From Bigelowiella natans CCMP2755 (taxonomy: Eukaryota > Protista > Cercozoa), in the NCBI GenBank assembly GCA_000320545.1, contig ADNK01001858.1:1-64000 (forward strand): 64,000 nucleotides of DNA, given 5' to 3'. Below, piece after piece: positions 29,002-41,440 of this stretch. The notes below the pieces were generated by a model that did no database searches, had not been told where the DNA came from, and worked only from the letters and a program-made list of their open reading frames with translations. Position 1 is the first letter of the stretch. Each line of letters starts with the position of its first letter. A program made the position numbers and the translations under genes.

Positions 29002-29785
29002 AGTGGTTTTAAGTGTAATCCACTCTTCTTTCTTCTATACCAAGTCACCGAAAATCTCGACACAGGTGAGAATGAATCCGATGATGCCCTTTGAAATCAT
29101 AACGGTGATAATGGGTGTATGAGACCAACGAAGACAAATAATTGTAGGGATGAGCGAAGAGGCAAATTGATCTTGCAGACGTCGCTAATGAACGTTTTGT
29201 TCTACCAGGATCATTAGCTCGTTCACCACATGATGGTACAGGCTCTCGTAGAGATGAAATTCTTGGACTGAAAATAGCACACGGCAAGATAGGCACAAGA
29301 AATGTGCAAGTTTCATGTTTCGATTGATTTTGCTGTTCTTACAATTTCGGTGCCTAACCTCTATTCTCTAGCCATTCGGAACCCTTTCCAATAGCGACTG
29401 TTGCTATACTCTAATGTGTGTGAACATAGACACATAGGCAGCACAAACACACAACAGAGGTGGTTTTACAAATGCAGAATAGTTCTGTGTCATTAGAAGA
29501 TGCTTCCACAGTGTAGATAGATGGCTGTTTACTACCAGGATTATAAACACTGCGCTGAACAAGGTGATGCTCAATCCATAATCAGCGGCCTAAGCGGAAA
29601 TAGCAACCGAAGAGAATTAAGTACAAGCCGCGTCTCCAATTGACACCCATGCTCAGATTTTCTTGAACGTCGCCAGCCACCACGACTACTACCTCAAAGA
29701 TTGAATGCCCATGCTCACAGTGATGATCATCATACGAAGAGTTGCCACTGGAGGAGGACGAAGCCAGCAGTCGAAGTGTCTCCAT
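22319..29785 (-). CDS. MLO-family multipass membrane protein with C-terminal EF-hand pair, more than 25 exons
   Basis: Spliced: LFSAVFIIL | SIATVAIGKGSEWLENRV | QEFHLYESLYHHVVNELMIL | GIIGFILTCVE (MLO ELMxLGFIS motif); LHLVEIAHFVLLAFGLNYVLH; KFNFVL | YIRRALEHEMLHLIHIKS | STWALG (cf. plant FDFQKYIKRSLEDDFKVVVGIS..W); VMLFFQCVYIGLFIM; then AFRDLDIDG | DGRVLPEELKTWM and LWSLIDEKHQGNITPD | DFIRVI (EF-hand loops); stop at 22319. Confidence 0.8.
28907..28998. repeat. Compound self-complementary microsatellite (CA)11(TA)18(TG)17 in an MLO intron
   Basis: Read directly from the sequence. Confidence 0.95.
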
Positions 29786-30127
29786 GAAGGAAGGTCAACT
29801 TGTCGTTCTCTCTCTCTCTGTCTTTCTTTCTCCCCCTCTCTCTCCCTCTCTCTCTCTCTCTCTCCCTCTCTCTCTCTTTATCTTTGCGTTGTTGTTTGTG
29901 GGTGGTGTCGGATGATAAATTTGAAACTGCAATCTCAGTAATCGGAGCAGCGGGTCAAACTACCGTTACTGATCAAAGGATGAAAGCGTCAGATCCATGC
30001 GAATTTATACGTGCGACAATCAAACTTGTGAGCGATTTGGATAAGAGATATATTTATGCGGAAAACATCTAACAGAATGATAGAGGAGCATTCACAACAA
30101 AAACAACAAAAATCATATGGAGCGAGC

Positions 30128-30325
30128 ATGGCCGACGACGACGCCTCATGGCGAGCCGTTGCTTTGCTGGCCCTGCTCGGGTGCCTTCCCTACGTGTTTA
30201 ACATATTCAAACTAATCCTTTGGCTCTATCGAAGAACGTTGAGGAGACGTCACGATCTGATCAAGAGGTAAGATTGTGGGAATAAATAGTGACCTTGTTA
30301 TGAGAAAGACGAAGTTATTTTCTCG

Positions 30326-30356
<31 letters not shown>

Positions 30357-32833
30357 TTCGTATGGATTGCGCAAATAGGTATGGGACTGCCACTTCAGAT
30401 ACACCTTGGGCAATGGTAATAGCAGATGATCTTTCTTTCCCTACCTCGCACACACCAAAATAAAGAGCTGCTGTAGGCTTGTTCTGTGCCGACGACGATG
30501 ATGATGGGTAATACAGGTGACAGGTGGTTCCGATGGCATCGGTTTTGCATTCTGTGAAGAGCTTGCCGAAGCAGGATTCAACATTATGGTGAGGATGATA
30601 AGACAAAATTGACTTTTTTCCACATTCCACAACACAGACCTGCCTTTTCTTCTTCTTCTTCATCATCATAACTTGCTCAACAACTGCAACGAACTAGATC
30701 GTCTCTCGCACGAGGAAGAAGCTTGAGAAAGCGCTAAATGATCTCCAGCAGCGATTCGACGTGGCGGTGAGTGGCATTCAAATCGATCTTTCGACAGTCC
30801 ATGAAGACATTAATGGCGAAAATGATGGCTCACTCCGAGCATTACGAAGTGCATTCAGGACAAGTAAGTCGGCCAATATCTAAACAGTGCCATTATTTGA
30901 TTGACTATTGTTATATGACGTTACAAATAATACTGACTTGATAATCATCATCATCACCACCACCATCATCATATCTGCCATTATCTTCACCACATCATGT
31001 CCTAACCAATCCAGGAGATGTTTCCATTGTCGTTAACAATGCCGGCGTATCGCGAAGACTGCCAGCTCACTTCCACACGATCACAAACGAGGAGCTGAAG
31101 AAGTAGCAGATGTTGGTGATGATGATGATTTGGTGGTGGTGACATGAAGAAGTGTGACACAGAAACAGCACAAATCCATGCGGTCGTAATAATACTACTA
31201 ACCTGCTCGCAATCCCCCTCCTCTCTGTTCATGATAGGATGATTACTATTAATTGTACGAGCGTTGCGGCAATATCAAAGCTTGCCTTAGCCCATTTCCG
31301 TCTTCGAAATCACCAAAGACAACGAAGTGAAGAAGCTGAAGAAAGCTCAGAACGACGACGTAAAGGTAGTACTGCTACCATTAGTTGTTGTTGTTATTGT
31401 TGTCGCGGGGGGTGAGAGGGCGACAACATACATGCACCTATTCATCTATTTGTTTCTTTCTAACTTATCTATTCGTCAAAATGCTGCGTTAGGAGCTTTG
31501 GTCATTATAAGCTCTGTGACCGCAGAAGTTGAGGCCCCAGAGATGAGCGGGTAGTAGTAGCAGCAGTAGTAGCAGTAGCGAACAATGATGATGTATATCA
31601 TCGAGTTTGTTGAAAAGGCTTCAGTAGCGAGGCGGCGATGATGATGGTGTTGTTCTACGATATAGCAAGCACCGCATAGTGGAGAGAAGAGGACAATGGC
31701 AGTGATCTAGTGTTAGAGAACTATGTTGTGACGAATATTCCCTCTTCTCATCACCCCATCATCATTATAATCATCATCTTCATCAAAACAAAACAAAACA
31801 CCCCTCCTTCTCCTCCTCCTCCTCCTCCTCCTCCTCCTCCTCCTCCTCCTCACAACTTAAAGCTACGCAGCTACCAAGGCGTTTGACTTGCAGTTGGCTA
31901 GGAGCCTGAGCTTGGAATATGAGAGGCATGGTGTAGATGTCCTCGCTGTAACTCCAGCATACGTCAAAACGAAACTTAGGTAATATTATGTGCCCGATGA
32001 TCATATCAACACGTGCTTCTTTCACCACTAGATGATCATACCTGTACTTAAAGTGGTGTAGAGGTAATGCGACATAATACGTACATCCATGCTCATCATC
32101 ACCATCATCATCATCATCATCATCATTATCATCATTATCATCATTTTGTGGCGACCATTATGAATCAGTGGCGCGTCAAGATTGGGGGGGTTTCCACCGG
32201 TAGTATCGGCACGTGATTGTGCACGTGGTGCTCTTGACTCTCTTGGTTATGAAACGGTCACACAGGGTCATTGGCTTCATGATATACAGAAAGCTCTTGT
32301 GGTTGTTTATTTAAACACACAAACACACACACAAACACACACACATACACACACACACACATCACACCACACGTGTCTTTTTCAGGTTTTGCCCCCCCCC
32401 CCCCCCCACCAGTCATCCTCTCTCGATTACACACACGCTCATATTCACAACCAGAAATACTTACGCTAATGTGGTCGTCTGTGTGCCTCAGAGCATAGTG
32501 CCAAATCCACTGCTCAAGGGGGAAATATTAGATGAAATGCACCGATTTCGAGAACGAAAACGGACCTTTTTGTCCTCCTCTCCTTGTTCTGGAACCAGAC
32601 GTGCAGAGAGTATCGCAGCAACTAGCATTGAAAGGAAGATACCACATACGGCGAGAGGTGACAAGCAGGATCACAGCTTCATAGTGACGGCTGATGATAT
32701 GAAGGCTAATAGCGATGATGCTGACTGCATTGACTATCTAGATCGGACCGCTAAGCATCATGTTCTCAGTGGTGATGAAGATGAATTAGATGATGGCCAG
32801 GTCGACTCCAAACTACTTTCTTCCGTCGCGTGA
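30128..32833 (+). CDS. SDR: very-long-chain 3-oxoacyl-CoA reductase / 17beta-HSD12-like, 10 exons
   Basis: N-terminal transmembrane segment, then WAM | VTGGSDGIGFAFCEELAEAGFNIM | IVSRT, IVVNNAGVS, MITINC, LVIISS, catalytic YAATK, GVDVLAVTPAYVKTKL and GHWLHDIQ. The start may instead be the in-frame ATG at 30077. Confidence 0.9.
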
Positions 32834-34284
32834 CTTCACAGCACGTTACTATGACGCATGTAAAGGCTAAGACTATAGCAGCTCATCGTGGCGTATGTCG
32901 CATGTGAGAGACTTTAAAAAAAAGGCTCGCGAGCTAGCAGAGTTCTGGGTTGTTGGCATCAATATGATAGAAATGATTGAGGACGCACAGAAAAAGAATA
33001 GCAAGATCACGGCTAGCTAATAGCGGCGAAAATTTGTGCAGCGTACGCAATGGCGCGATACTCTGGCGATGATTTCTTTGCTGTGTCACTTTGACAAGGA
33101 TCCTTTTGATGAAAGATATGTGCTATGCCCATGATTTTTTGTCATGTCATTGTAGCAATTCAGCTCAACAGTAGGTCCGCAGTGGGTGCATGATCGAAAT
33201 TGCGAATCGCGTTTTTTTGGCATCTTTCCTACCAGGAGCAGCAGTAGTGCACGTACGGACATCTTTTGTGGGGTGTGGTAGGGGGTCTCCTGCATGTGCC
33301 ATCAAATGTGACTGCAGGGCTTCGACTACGTGTGCAGTGCGGGTTGCATCATCCCGTACGTGTTTGCAGCTTTTTCACATGTCAACATAACGCCTCGTGC
33401 TCGTTGCAAACTCACATATTCGTTTCATTTGTTCATGCTCAAAATGCATGTATGACGTATGTAGCGCGCTCTAACTATGAACAAACACGAACACACACAT
33501 GGTGTATTCACGTAGCACACATGCACGCATTCTCCTCCATCTACCAACATGGTAATCTGACAAATTTGTCCGTGGCTGTTTTCAATCGTTAGGTATATCA
33601 AATAAACTTCACTGTACAGACATACATATGCCCCCGCGGGCATGAAGAAGTAGTAGTAGAATAAGAAGAAGAAGAAGAAGAAGAATAAGAATAAGAAGAA
33701 GAAGAAGAAGGCATGCCATTCAGAATAAGGCATGTAATCCCTATTTTTCTCTCATTTTTAGCTTTCAAAAATTTCTCATGCATCCATACGTGGATGAATC
33801 GTAATAATCAGCACCGGCAACGTGCAACAGATAGTGCGACAATCGTGGTATTGAAATGATTCTTCTTTCTGGTTGGCTAACGCTCAAACTGAGACTCCAT
33901 AACATTGATGAAGAATACAAATTAATGCGAAATGTAAAATTGTGATGCAGCACAGTAGCGTGTGCGTAGAAGATAACAGATAACGAGGCAACCAAGCTTG
34001 ACCTTTCCCCAACTGCCCTTTCAGTCATGTTGTTCTCTTATAAGCACGTGTACATGTGTAAATATATATATTGTGGACGTTTGTATTGAGCAGTCACCAA
34101 ACTCTCAACGAAGAAGAAGAAAAAGGAGGAGGAGGAGGAACTGACGAATTACATGATAACTAGTAAAAATATGTATAGAACGTCAAGTAAGAAGCACATC
34201 TTATCCAGCGCAACAATTCACTGTTGCTTCCTCAGTTGGAGTAGAAAGACAAGTCTCTTCTTCTCCATCCACCATTTCCTCACA

Positions 34285-34923
34285 CTACCAAGAGAACACC
34301 TCAGACACTTGCTCATCAGGCACTAGAGGCCAAGTCGGACTCTGAAGCAACACATATTTTTATTTTAATTATGATTATTATTATTGTTATTATATGATTT
34401 TATTATTATTATTATTATTACTCTTGCTATTATGCTCCTGTTACCATAAATTGACTGCGGAGAAGATGGTTACCAAATGAGGGTATGAAAGAACGGTAGG
34501 AGCCAATTCGCTATGCTGCTGCTGCTGCTATTGCAATTACTCTTTTTACCTATCTTCGGAGTTATCGTTGACTAGCTATACTACTACTACTACTATTACT
34601 GCTACTGTTACTACTTCTACTACTAGTAGTAGTGGTACTGGTATTAAGAATAAGCACCTGGTTGAGCCTCAGGGTCACGGCAGTATCTGACCTTGGGCGC
34701 GAAGGCAGCCCACGTCTAATAAAAAGTATCATGTTTCGTTCATTGATAGCGATGATGATAACAAGCATCATGATCATCGATCGATATATGCATTGCCCTA
34801 CGTGAGGAGGAAGAATCTGTAAGGGGAAAATCTGTATTACCGGGGCTTGATTTCGCTCTCTAGAAACTCCTGGACATACCTAATAGTCATCAAAGTTGTA
34901 TGTATTCTGAAATACGCGCGCGC

Positions 34924-34962
<39 letters not shown>

Positions 34963-36969
34963 AACGCAAACATAGGCACACATACGTGTACTAAGTGCGT
35001 ATGCGTGTGTTTGCACACGTGCTCGATTTGATGTCGGCGCCGTATCATATTGGTGGTTGGGTAAGTGTTACAGCTGGTAATATATACAAGGAGTAGTGCT
35101 AATATTGTCTACCATGCTTGATCCCAAGTGTTAAGCATATGAGCAATGCCATCAAGCTGTAGTAGTATAATTTAACCAACTTCAGTAATAGCAGCAGCAG
35201 AACGATATAATTATATATAGTAACAACAACTCAAGTATTATGATGGATTCTGCCAATTTTTTGTAATCTTCACCTTATTATACCGTCTAATTAACAGCAA
35301 CACCACCTTATCGAGATACTGCTGCTCTGAGTAAGGGAATGATGGATTTCCTAGATGAGGGCCGTAGATATTCACTGCGACCTGTTGTCATAGCAAAAAT
35401 GGGTCATGTTTAACATTTGAAACATGATGTGGCAGTAGTGTCGAGTTAATCATCCTCCACGCAGTTCATATCATTACAGTTTGCGATTGGTACAGTTTTT
35501 TTTTTTTATCATGATGCTACAAAAATGAAGATGATATGCAGTGACAAACATATGCGTAGCATCAGAGAAATGCAGATCTTCTAAATAGGGGTGTTTCTGT
35601 AGATGCAATCCTCATTGAAGACTGATCTTCTCTCGTCATCATAATCATATCATAATCATAATCATAATCTGGCTCATTCATGATAACTGTTATTCTTTGA
35701 TCTTACCTGTCGGAAGTCAGCTCCGAACGGCTTGGCTTGCAACAGCGTTACATCGTGATACTTGCCATACTTGGCAAAAACCTACGATAAATGAGTATTG
35801 TTTTACCCATTGTTTTCTCCTATCTATTCACCAAGAAAAAGATCAGTGCATGTCCCCCCCCTGCCCGGCATTCTTCCTAGTAACCAAAAAATGATCCCAC
35901 CATTTCCGCAAGCTTGCGACCGGAAATATACCGATTCTCCCCTTGCGTCTTCATCCTATCCACGAGCTGCTGATTGATCTGCAAGTCTGTGGAAGAGTCA
36001 AAAGCTCCTGACTCATCAAGCGCATCTGTGACAATCCTGATGGGGTACTTGCGTCCCTGAACGAACTCCTTGAGGTTTTCCTGAGCCTCATCATACCACT
36101 CACGCATGCCCCAGGATAAGGTGGAGGCGGACTTGCGGAATCTGACACCCTAGTATTTCACCACATCATCATCAACATCATCATCATCATTATCATCGTT
36201 GAAGACACAGTCAGGAGTGTTCTTACTCTACCTTGTCTGCCTCAGCGCGTCGGTCTGGATTCCACTTATCATCCTGAAGGAGTGCATGAAGGAATATGAA
36301 TATTTACCTTCATCTTCGCCGAAAATCGAATTAGTTGCAGTCAGTAGTGAGAAATAGACTCTGGAATGAGGAGCGGGATTGAGCTCGCACCAAAGGAGAC
36401 AAAAATAGCACACTTTGCAGCTCTTTCATTGTCACAATGCAGAACATACCTTCCAACCATACATAAATTCCTCCATTCCTTTCTCGAACTGTGTGCGTAA
36501 CAATTTCCACAAAACAATTATGTACTCTGCAAAATGAAAACCTCCATCACTGGCGCTAAGATAAAGGTAACAGCAACGATCTCTAATCTAAAAACATACC
36601 GCTTCGAAGATAGAATGCGTCGCGACTTGCCTTGATAGATGCCCTGCAAACACACATGTTACAAAAAATGCAAACTATTTGGCTTAAATTTCGTGGTCAC
36701 AGGGGTGAAGGCGTTTCTGCCAGGGTGTCGTTCTTTTTTGGCATATTAATAGCTCAGTTATGGTCACCAGTACAACTATTGAGCCTTCTCGTACTGAGGA
36801 CTCGACTATTAGGTGAGACGGGAGCTCGAGCGCCTCCAGCTCGTACCCCATGACCTAGAGACGATGATTCTCCATTTCCAGTGCTACTGCGAGTCCCAAA
36901 GTTCAGGATTGCGATAGTACTCAGCCCCAAAATACAACCAAAAGTAAGGACAGGCTTCATAAATTTCAT
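34285..36969 (-). CDS. DUF3067-like protein with putative bipartite plastid-targeting leader
   Basis: Leader MKFMKPVLTFGCILGLSTIAILNFG followed by an S/R/G-rich stretch. Core ISGRKLAEM.., YGKYHDVTLLQ, IAHMLNTWDQAW | YVQEFLESEIKPR | RGLPSRPRSDTAVTLRLNQ | SPTWPLVPDEQVSEVFSW* resembles the plant/cyanobacterial DUF3067 consensus (recalled, not searched). Confidence 0.6.
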
Positions 36970-37630
36970 AGGTCGGCTTTGTCGACGGCAGGGAGCACGA
37001 GATGAGAGGTTGGGGGCGAATGGTTCACGGAGCATCTGGAGACGTGTCAACGGCCCACTCGTCAAACCGAGGCTATTTTTCCATAAATAAATAAATTTTC
37101 ATGTCGTAGGATTAAAATATGGACGCAACAACTAACAAATAAAAGCTGAGTTTCGTCCCAAAAGAAAATGAAAGAGGGTACAAATAGGCCCTAATTCCCA
37201 ATATTTTTTTGGACTGTGGCAATAAAAAAACAGGAGCTTGATCTGCATAGTTGTTAGACAGTTTCTCTTCCTTGCGAGTTCGCTCCGATTCTAGATCTAC
37301 GAGAATTAGAGTGCAAAGTTTTCAAAAACCTAGAGACTACCTAAAAAAATACAGATATTTTAATGTCAGAAGAGCCGAGTCTGTCATTCAGATCATAATT
37401 TCGAAAAGAAAGCCAGCTCGTATTCGGAGAAGAAATCTTTTGCAATAGTTTTTCCTTTTGCGACATCTTGGAAAGTTCCTTAGAATGAATTTTTAGATAT
37501 TTTCTTTTTTGTTACAATAGAGAGTAGTTTGACTATTTTGGCGTGGGGGTGGGTGAGAGATGGGGGTACTGCACCGCGGCTAAAGATTTCCTACCCCTTC
37601 CACGAAATGGCAAAAAACTAAAATGAATAC

Positions 37631-38695
37631 ATGCCGTATGGAAGATACGACAGTAGTATTATTTTATGATGTGCATAAATTTCCCAACACTACACAGCAT
37701 GGTTGCATCCAAGACGGCAGGATTCGAATAAATACAACCTCATTAAAAAAAAAAACTCTAAATAGTAGTTGTCGCAAGTGAAAATTTGTGGAGACTTGCC
37801 CCAAATGCTTCACTTTGGAGTCTATTTGATACCTTTTTATTTATGTCAAAACCCACGAAACACTTCCAATCAATCGCACCATGTACAAGACCCCCCACCT
37901 CTTTTCCCTCCGCCCTCAGCCGTCTGTCCGTCCCGTCTCTCGTATATTTCATGCATGTCCTATTAAATTTGCCTGCATAATAGCTATAGGCAACAAAATT
38001 TGAAGAAAATGCGATAAAAGCATCTTTCTGAAAAGGAAGAACTTTCATCAATTGCGCAATTGTTCTGCAGTTTTCATTTGTAAACGAAGTTTACAGTTTA
38101 TTAGATGTACACATGAGTTATTTTAATACAATAATCAGGGCTATAGAAACTATTACTCAGGAAGAATATTACCAATCATGGGGCAAGGTGGATGATACCA
38201 CACAGCTGCATCGATTGAAAACTTTGTACTAATTGCTTATGTTGTAGGCGAAGGAAGTAAACAATGACGACGGAGTTACATTCACGATACTAGCAGTGTG
38301 TCTTTCAATAGGAATGTGGGCCTATGAAGGAGGATGGGTAATAATCCGATTCATTTTTCTTACATGTGGACTCAAATTATGACTCCTTAAAGGTGGCGCT
38401 TGTTCTTTCCAAATTATGGTCGGGATTCCCGACCCTTCTGACAGTTGCACAACTCCTCGCTGGGTAGTAATAAGTATTTATGCCACTGAAAATGTCGGAA
38501 TTTGCCTATGTATCGGGAGAAGGCACTGATCAGAAATTGTTGTGATTAATTGATATCGAATGCCCAATGGAGTTATGGATATTATTTTTTAGGTTCACAA
38601 TGCTAGTTCCGATTATTTTCTCGATGACTATGATGCTTACCATCGTTGGTATTTGGGCAATGCGTCAGAAGAAGCCTAGTTTCAGCTTAATGTAA
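37631..38695 (+). CDS. Small hypothetical membrane protein (5' end uncertain)
   Basis: Last three exons splice in frame: AKEVNNDDGVTFTILAVCLSIGMWAYEGW-like | ..LVLSKLWSGFPTLLTVAQLLAG | FTMLVPIIFSMTMMLTIVGIWAMRQKKPSFSLM* (hydrophobic segments). Confidence 0.45.
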
Positions 38696-39469
38696 ATTTG
38701 ATGAAGAAAAAGAGACTTGAAGTTCAATTCAGTACAGAGAAGGTTTTTCATATATTTAACCGGTCCGGGTAAATTGAACCAGCAATGTGAAATGGTCTTA
38801 ATAATGTAATGACAACCCAGTGAACATTTCTTCATGTATAGTCATCGATATTGCATCATGTCATATCATAACATCAAATAATTTGATGTAAATATCAATA
38901 AATTCGCACAAATGCACACGTTATAACCTCAATTGATGATAATAGTAACGTTGCATCTTCATTACAATTATCTATCTCCATGAGTACACACTTGCAAGTG
39001 CACCTGCTGTGGATCTGATGATGCGATGTGGATCATTGGTGAATGAGTGCACGCATCGCATGGCTTGATCGTGGGGAGCTAGCGAGTCGATCTTTACCTA
39101 TTCTATGCTACGGCGTCGGAGAGGAGGACACCATGAGCTGTGATGTGTGGTGATCGAAGAACAAATGGTCATCCTTTCCTTTGAATGGCAAGATGGCTAT
39201 TGTCATCACATGATGCTAGCATGTGTTGTTTTGCCGACGTTGGACGTACGTGCAGCCTGCCAAGCTTGCAGCACGCGTCGATGTATGTGTCAAGACTGAG
39301 CGTGCTGTGTCGCATGTTCTGCTTTGTAGCATCTGCTGTTTCTCTTTGCTACAAACGATTTTGCCGCCTGCTAGCCTGCCTGCTGATCGAAGGGACCAAA
39401 ATCAACAGTTGTTCTTTGTTTGTCATTGTTGTCATTGGAGATTCGGCAGGACAAGCGAGCTAGCTGCTA

Positions 39470-39907
39470 GCAAGGGCCAACGCACGGGTCACTTTGTCTT
39501 GATGACGGCTGTTTTCATTGGACTCATCGATCCTGTGATTGCACAAGTTCGTCAAACCTGTGACGAATCGCCAGAATGTGCATTTGGAAGCTTTTGCGCG
39601 CGACCAAGCGCGTCATGTGATGTGACAGACATTGGATTTGCTCGCATTTCTTTGAAATTTTTCGTGCATGTCACGTTTGGTCAAACGCACGCGCAAAAGC
39701 ATTCAAAATGTGGCAGCGAACAAACGCGCAGCGTGCATCCGCTGCACAACGGGTGTGAATTTTCACACTTTGCGCGCTCACTGAGGACTTGAAAAAAAGG
39801 ACATTTTGGTCAACATTTCGGTCATTTTTTGAGGTTTGGCCATTGGACAAGTTCTGATGACTTTTCTTTGACCAACTGCAACTGCCTGCTTGTTTCAAAG
39901 CGCGTCG
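39470..39907. other. TpA-free intergenic island A
   Basis: Manual scan found no TA dinucleotide in 438 bp of non-repetitive sequence that is about half A+T. Confidence 0.9.
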
Positions 39908-40973
39908 TAAAAGCGCTGCACTGTTCACAACCCCGTCGTCACCAGGTTTGACGGACTTGTGTGGACGACACAACTCCGAGAAACATGTCAAGCATGTTTG
40001 GACTAGATCCGGGGCAGCTGGCGTGTCACCCATTCATGAATCATTTGACTGCACATGCACGTAGTCAATGAATTCTTAGATGACACATTTTCTGCAAGGT
40101 GATGTGTCATCATCGACATTCAAAGGATGTTTCCTCTACATTCTCCCCCCCCCCCCCTCCGCCCCCTCGCCTATCTGGTCCAGCGCATCATGTGTGTAGT
40201 CCTCCCATGTTTGAATCTGTTGTTGAAGGAGGGTGGGTGCGGGGGGTGGAATGGAAAGATGAGGGTGAGAGAAAAGCAACATTTAGATTGCCCATATACA
40301 CAATGCATCATGAGATCATTTATATATATTTAAATGAGCATTAGGCTTCATCTCCCTTGTCATTAATGTCATTCTCCGTGTGGCCAAGAGCACCCTATTT
40401 CGTCACATCAATCTGTCATACACATGCTACTACCACTACCACTACCATCCATGCTGTAGCAAACCGCGTCACTGCATGGAAGCGCGCTCTATGCGACCAA
40501 ACTCTGGGTGCGCATGATGCTTCTCAACCGGTTATGAGAGGATATTTGCTGTTTGTTTGTTCTTAAAGAAGGTCCAAGAACAGCACCCTCTTCTACCAAT
40601 TCACGAGATTCCATCGCTCTCAGATGAAAGGGAGACGGAAAGTGCGTTAGATTTCACCTTTGCTACTTAGCTGCAGCGCTTGAATGGTGTTAGTTCTTGG
40701 CATTACGATGAGAAAAAGTGATGATCGCCGAAGTGACGTTGCTGCTGTAACAATGTAAACTCAGCCGCCTCACCGCCATGAAGAAATGTAGAAACGAGGA
40801 TGCTGCTTGCATCATGCGCGCGCTGTGATAGTGACATTTATTGGGGAAGAATGCGACGCGCTGTACTTTTCACGCCAAGCAAGGAACATTTTTCTTTGCG
40901 CAAATCACATGGTGCATGCAAGCGCAGATTGGCTCGCACTGAGTTGTGCATAATTCATTGATAAATTTTTACT

Positions 40974-41440
40974 TTAATTCAATGGCAAGTGTTGGAAACA
41001 AGAAGTGAACCCTGTAGCCATAACAGCCCAATGTGTTCCCATTTCTAACTGGCTTCTATTCTGTTTAAATCTACCAACGATGGCAATTGTTCGGGTGCCT
41101 TCTTTGTTCTGTATTTTCACCACCATTGGTTTTAGCCTCATTTTGGCTTTGTCTTTGCCTTTTGATGGTATTCTGTAATCTCGACCTTTCTTGTCGGCCG
41201 TTGTTTCTATGTGCATTGATTTAATGAGTTTTTTCCTCAATCTTCGCAGCTTGCGGGAGATTTGCTTCTTTACTTTTTTCATTTGTTCTTTGTCCATATT
41301 TTCCCTCGATGAGGGTTGTTTTGTTTTGATCTGCTGCTGCTGCTGCCTCAGCTTTCGCTTACTTCGTCTGGATGTTTCGATTTCCCAGGTGTTGGTGTTT
41401 TCAGTGATTTGGCACATGTTTGTGGTTTGGATTATAAACA
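40974..41440 (-). mobile_element. Probable degenerate non-LTR retrotransposon (LINE) ORF2 fragment, endonuclease-RT linker region
   Basis: Intronless Lys/Arg-rich frame ITENTNTWEI..RRSKRKLR...MKKVKKQISRKLRRLRKKLI...YR...LKPMVVKIQNKEG resembles the helical linker of RTE/CR1-type ORF2 (W.S.ETW.LI..RR..K; K..KR..RRDK; KP....IKDKNG). No RT catalytic motif is visible. Confidence 0.45.

Noticed and set aside
39470-39907. CpG methylation decay or fungal-type RIP as the cause of the TG/CA richness
   Set aside because: CG is abundant here and TA is absent; both processes would remove CG or CA and leave or create TA.
39185-40033. Overlapping 92-189 aa ORFs on both strands (likewise 58131-59541 and 61010-61584)
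   Set aside because: They are a by-product of TpA loss removing TAA/TAG stops. They are Cys/His-rich, nearly Tyr-free and carry no recognisable motifs.
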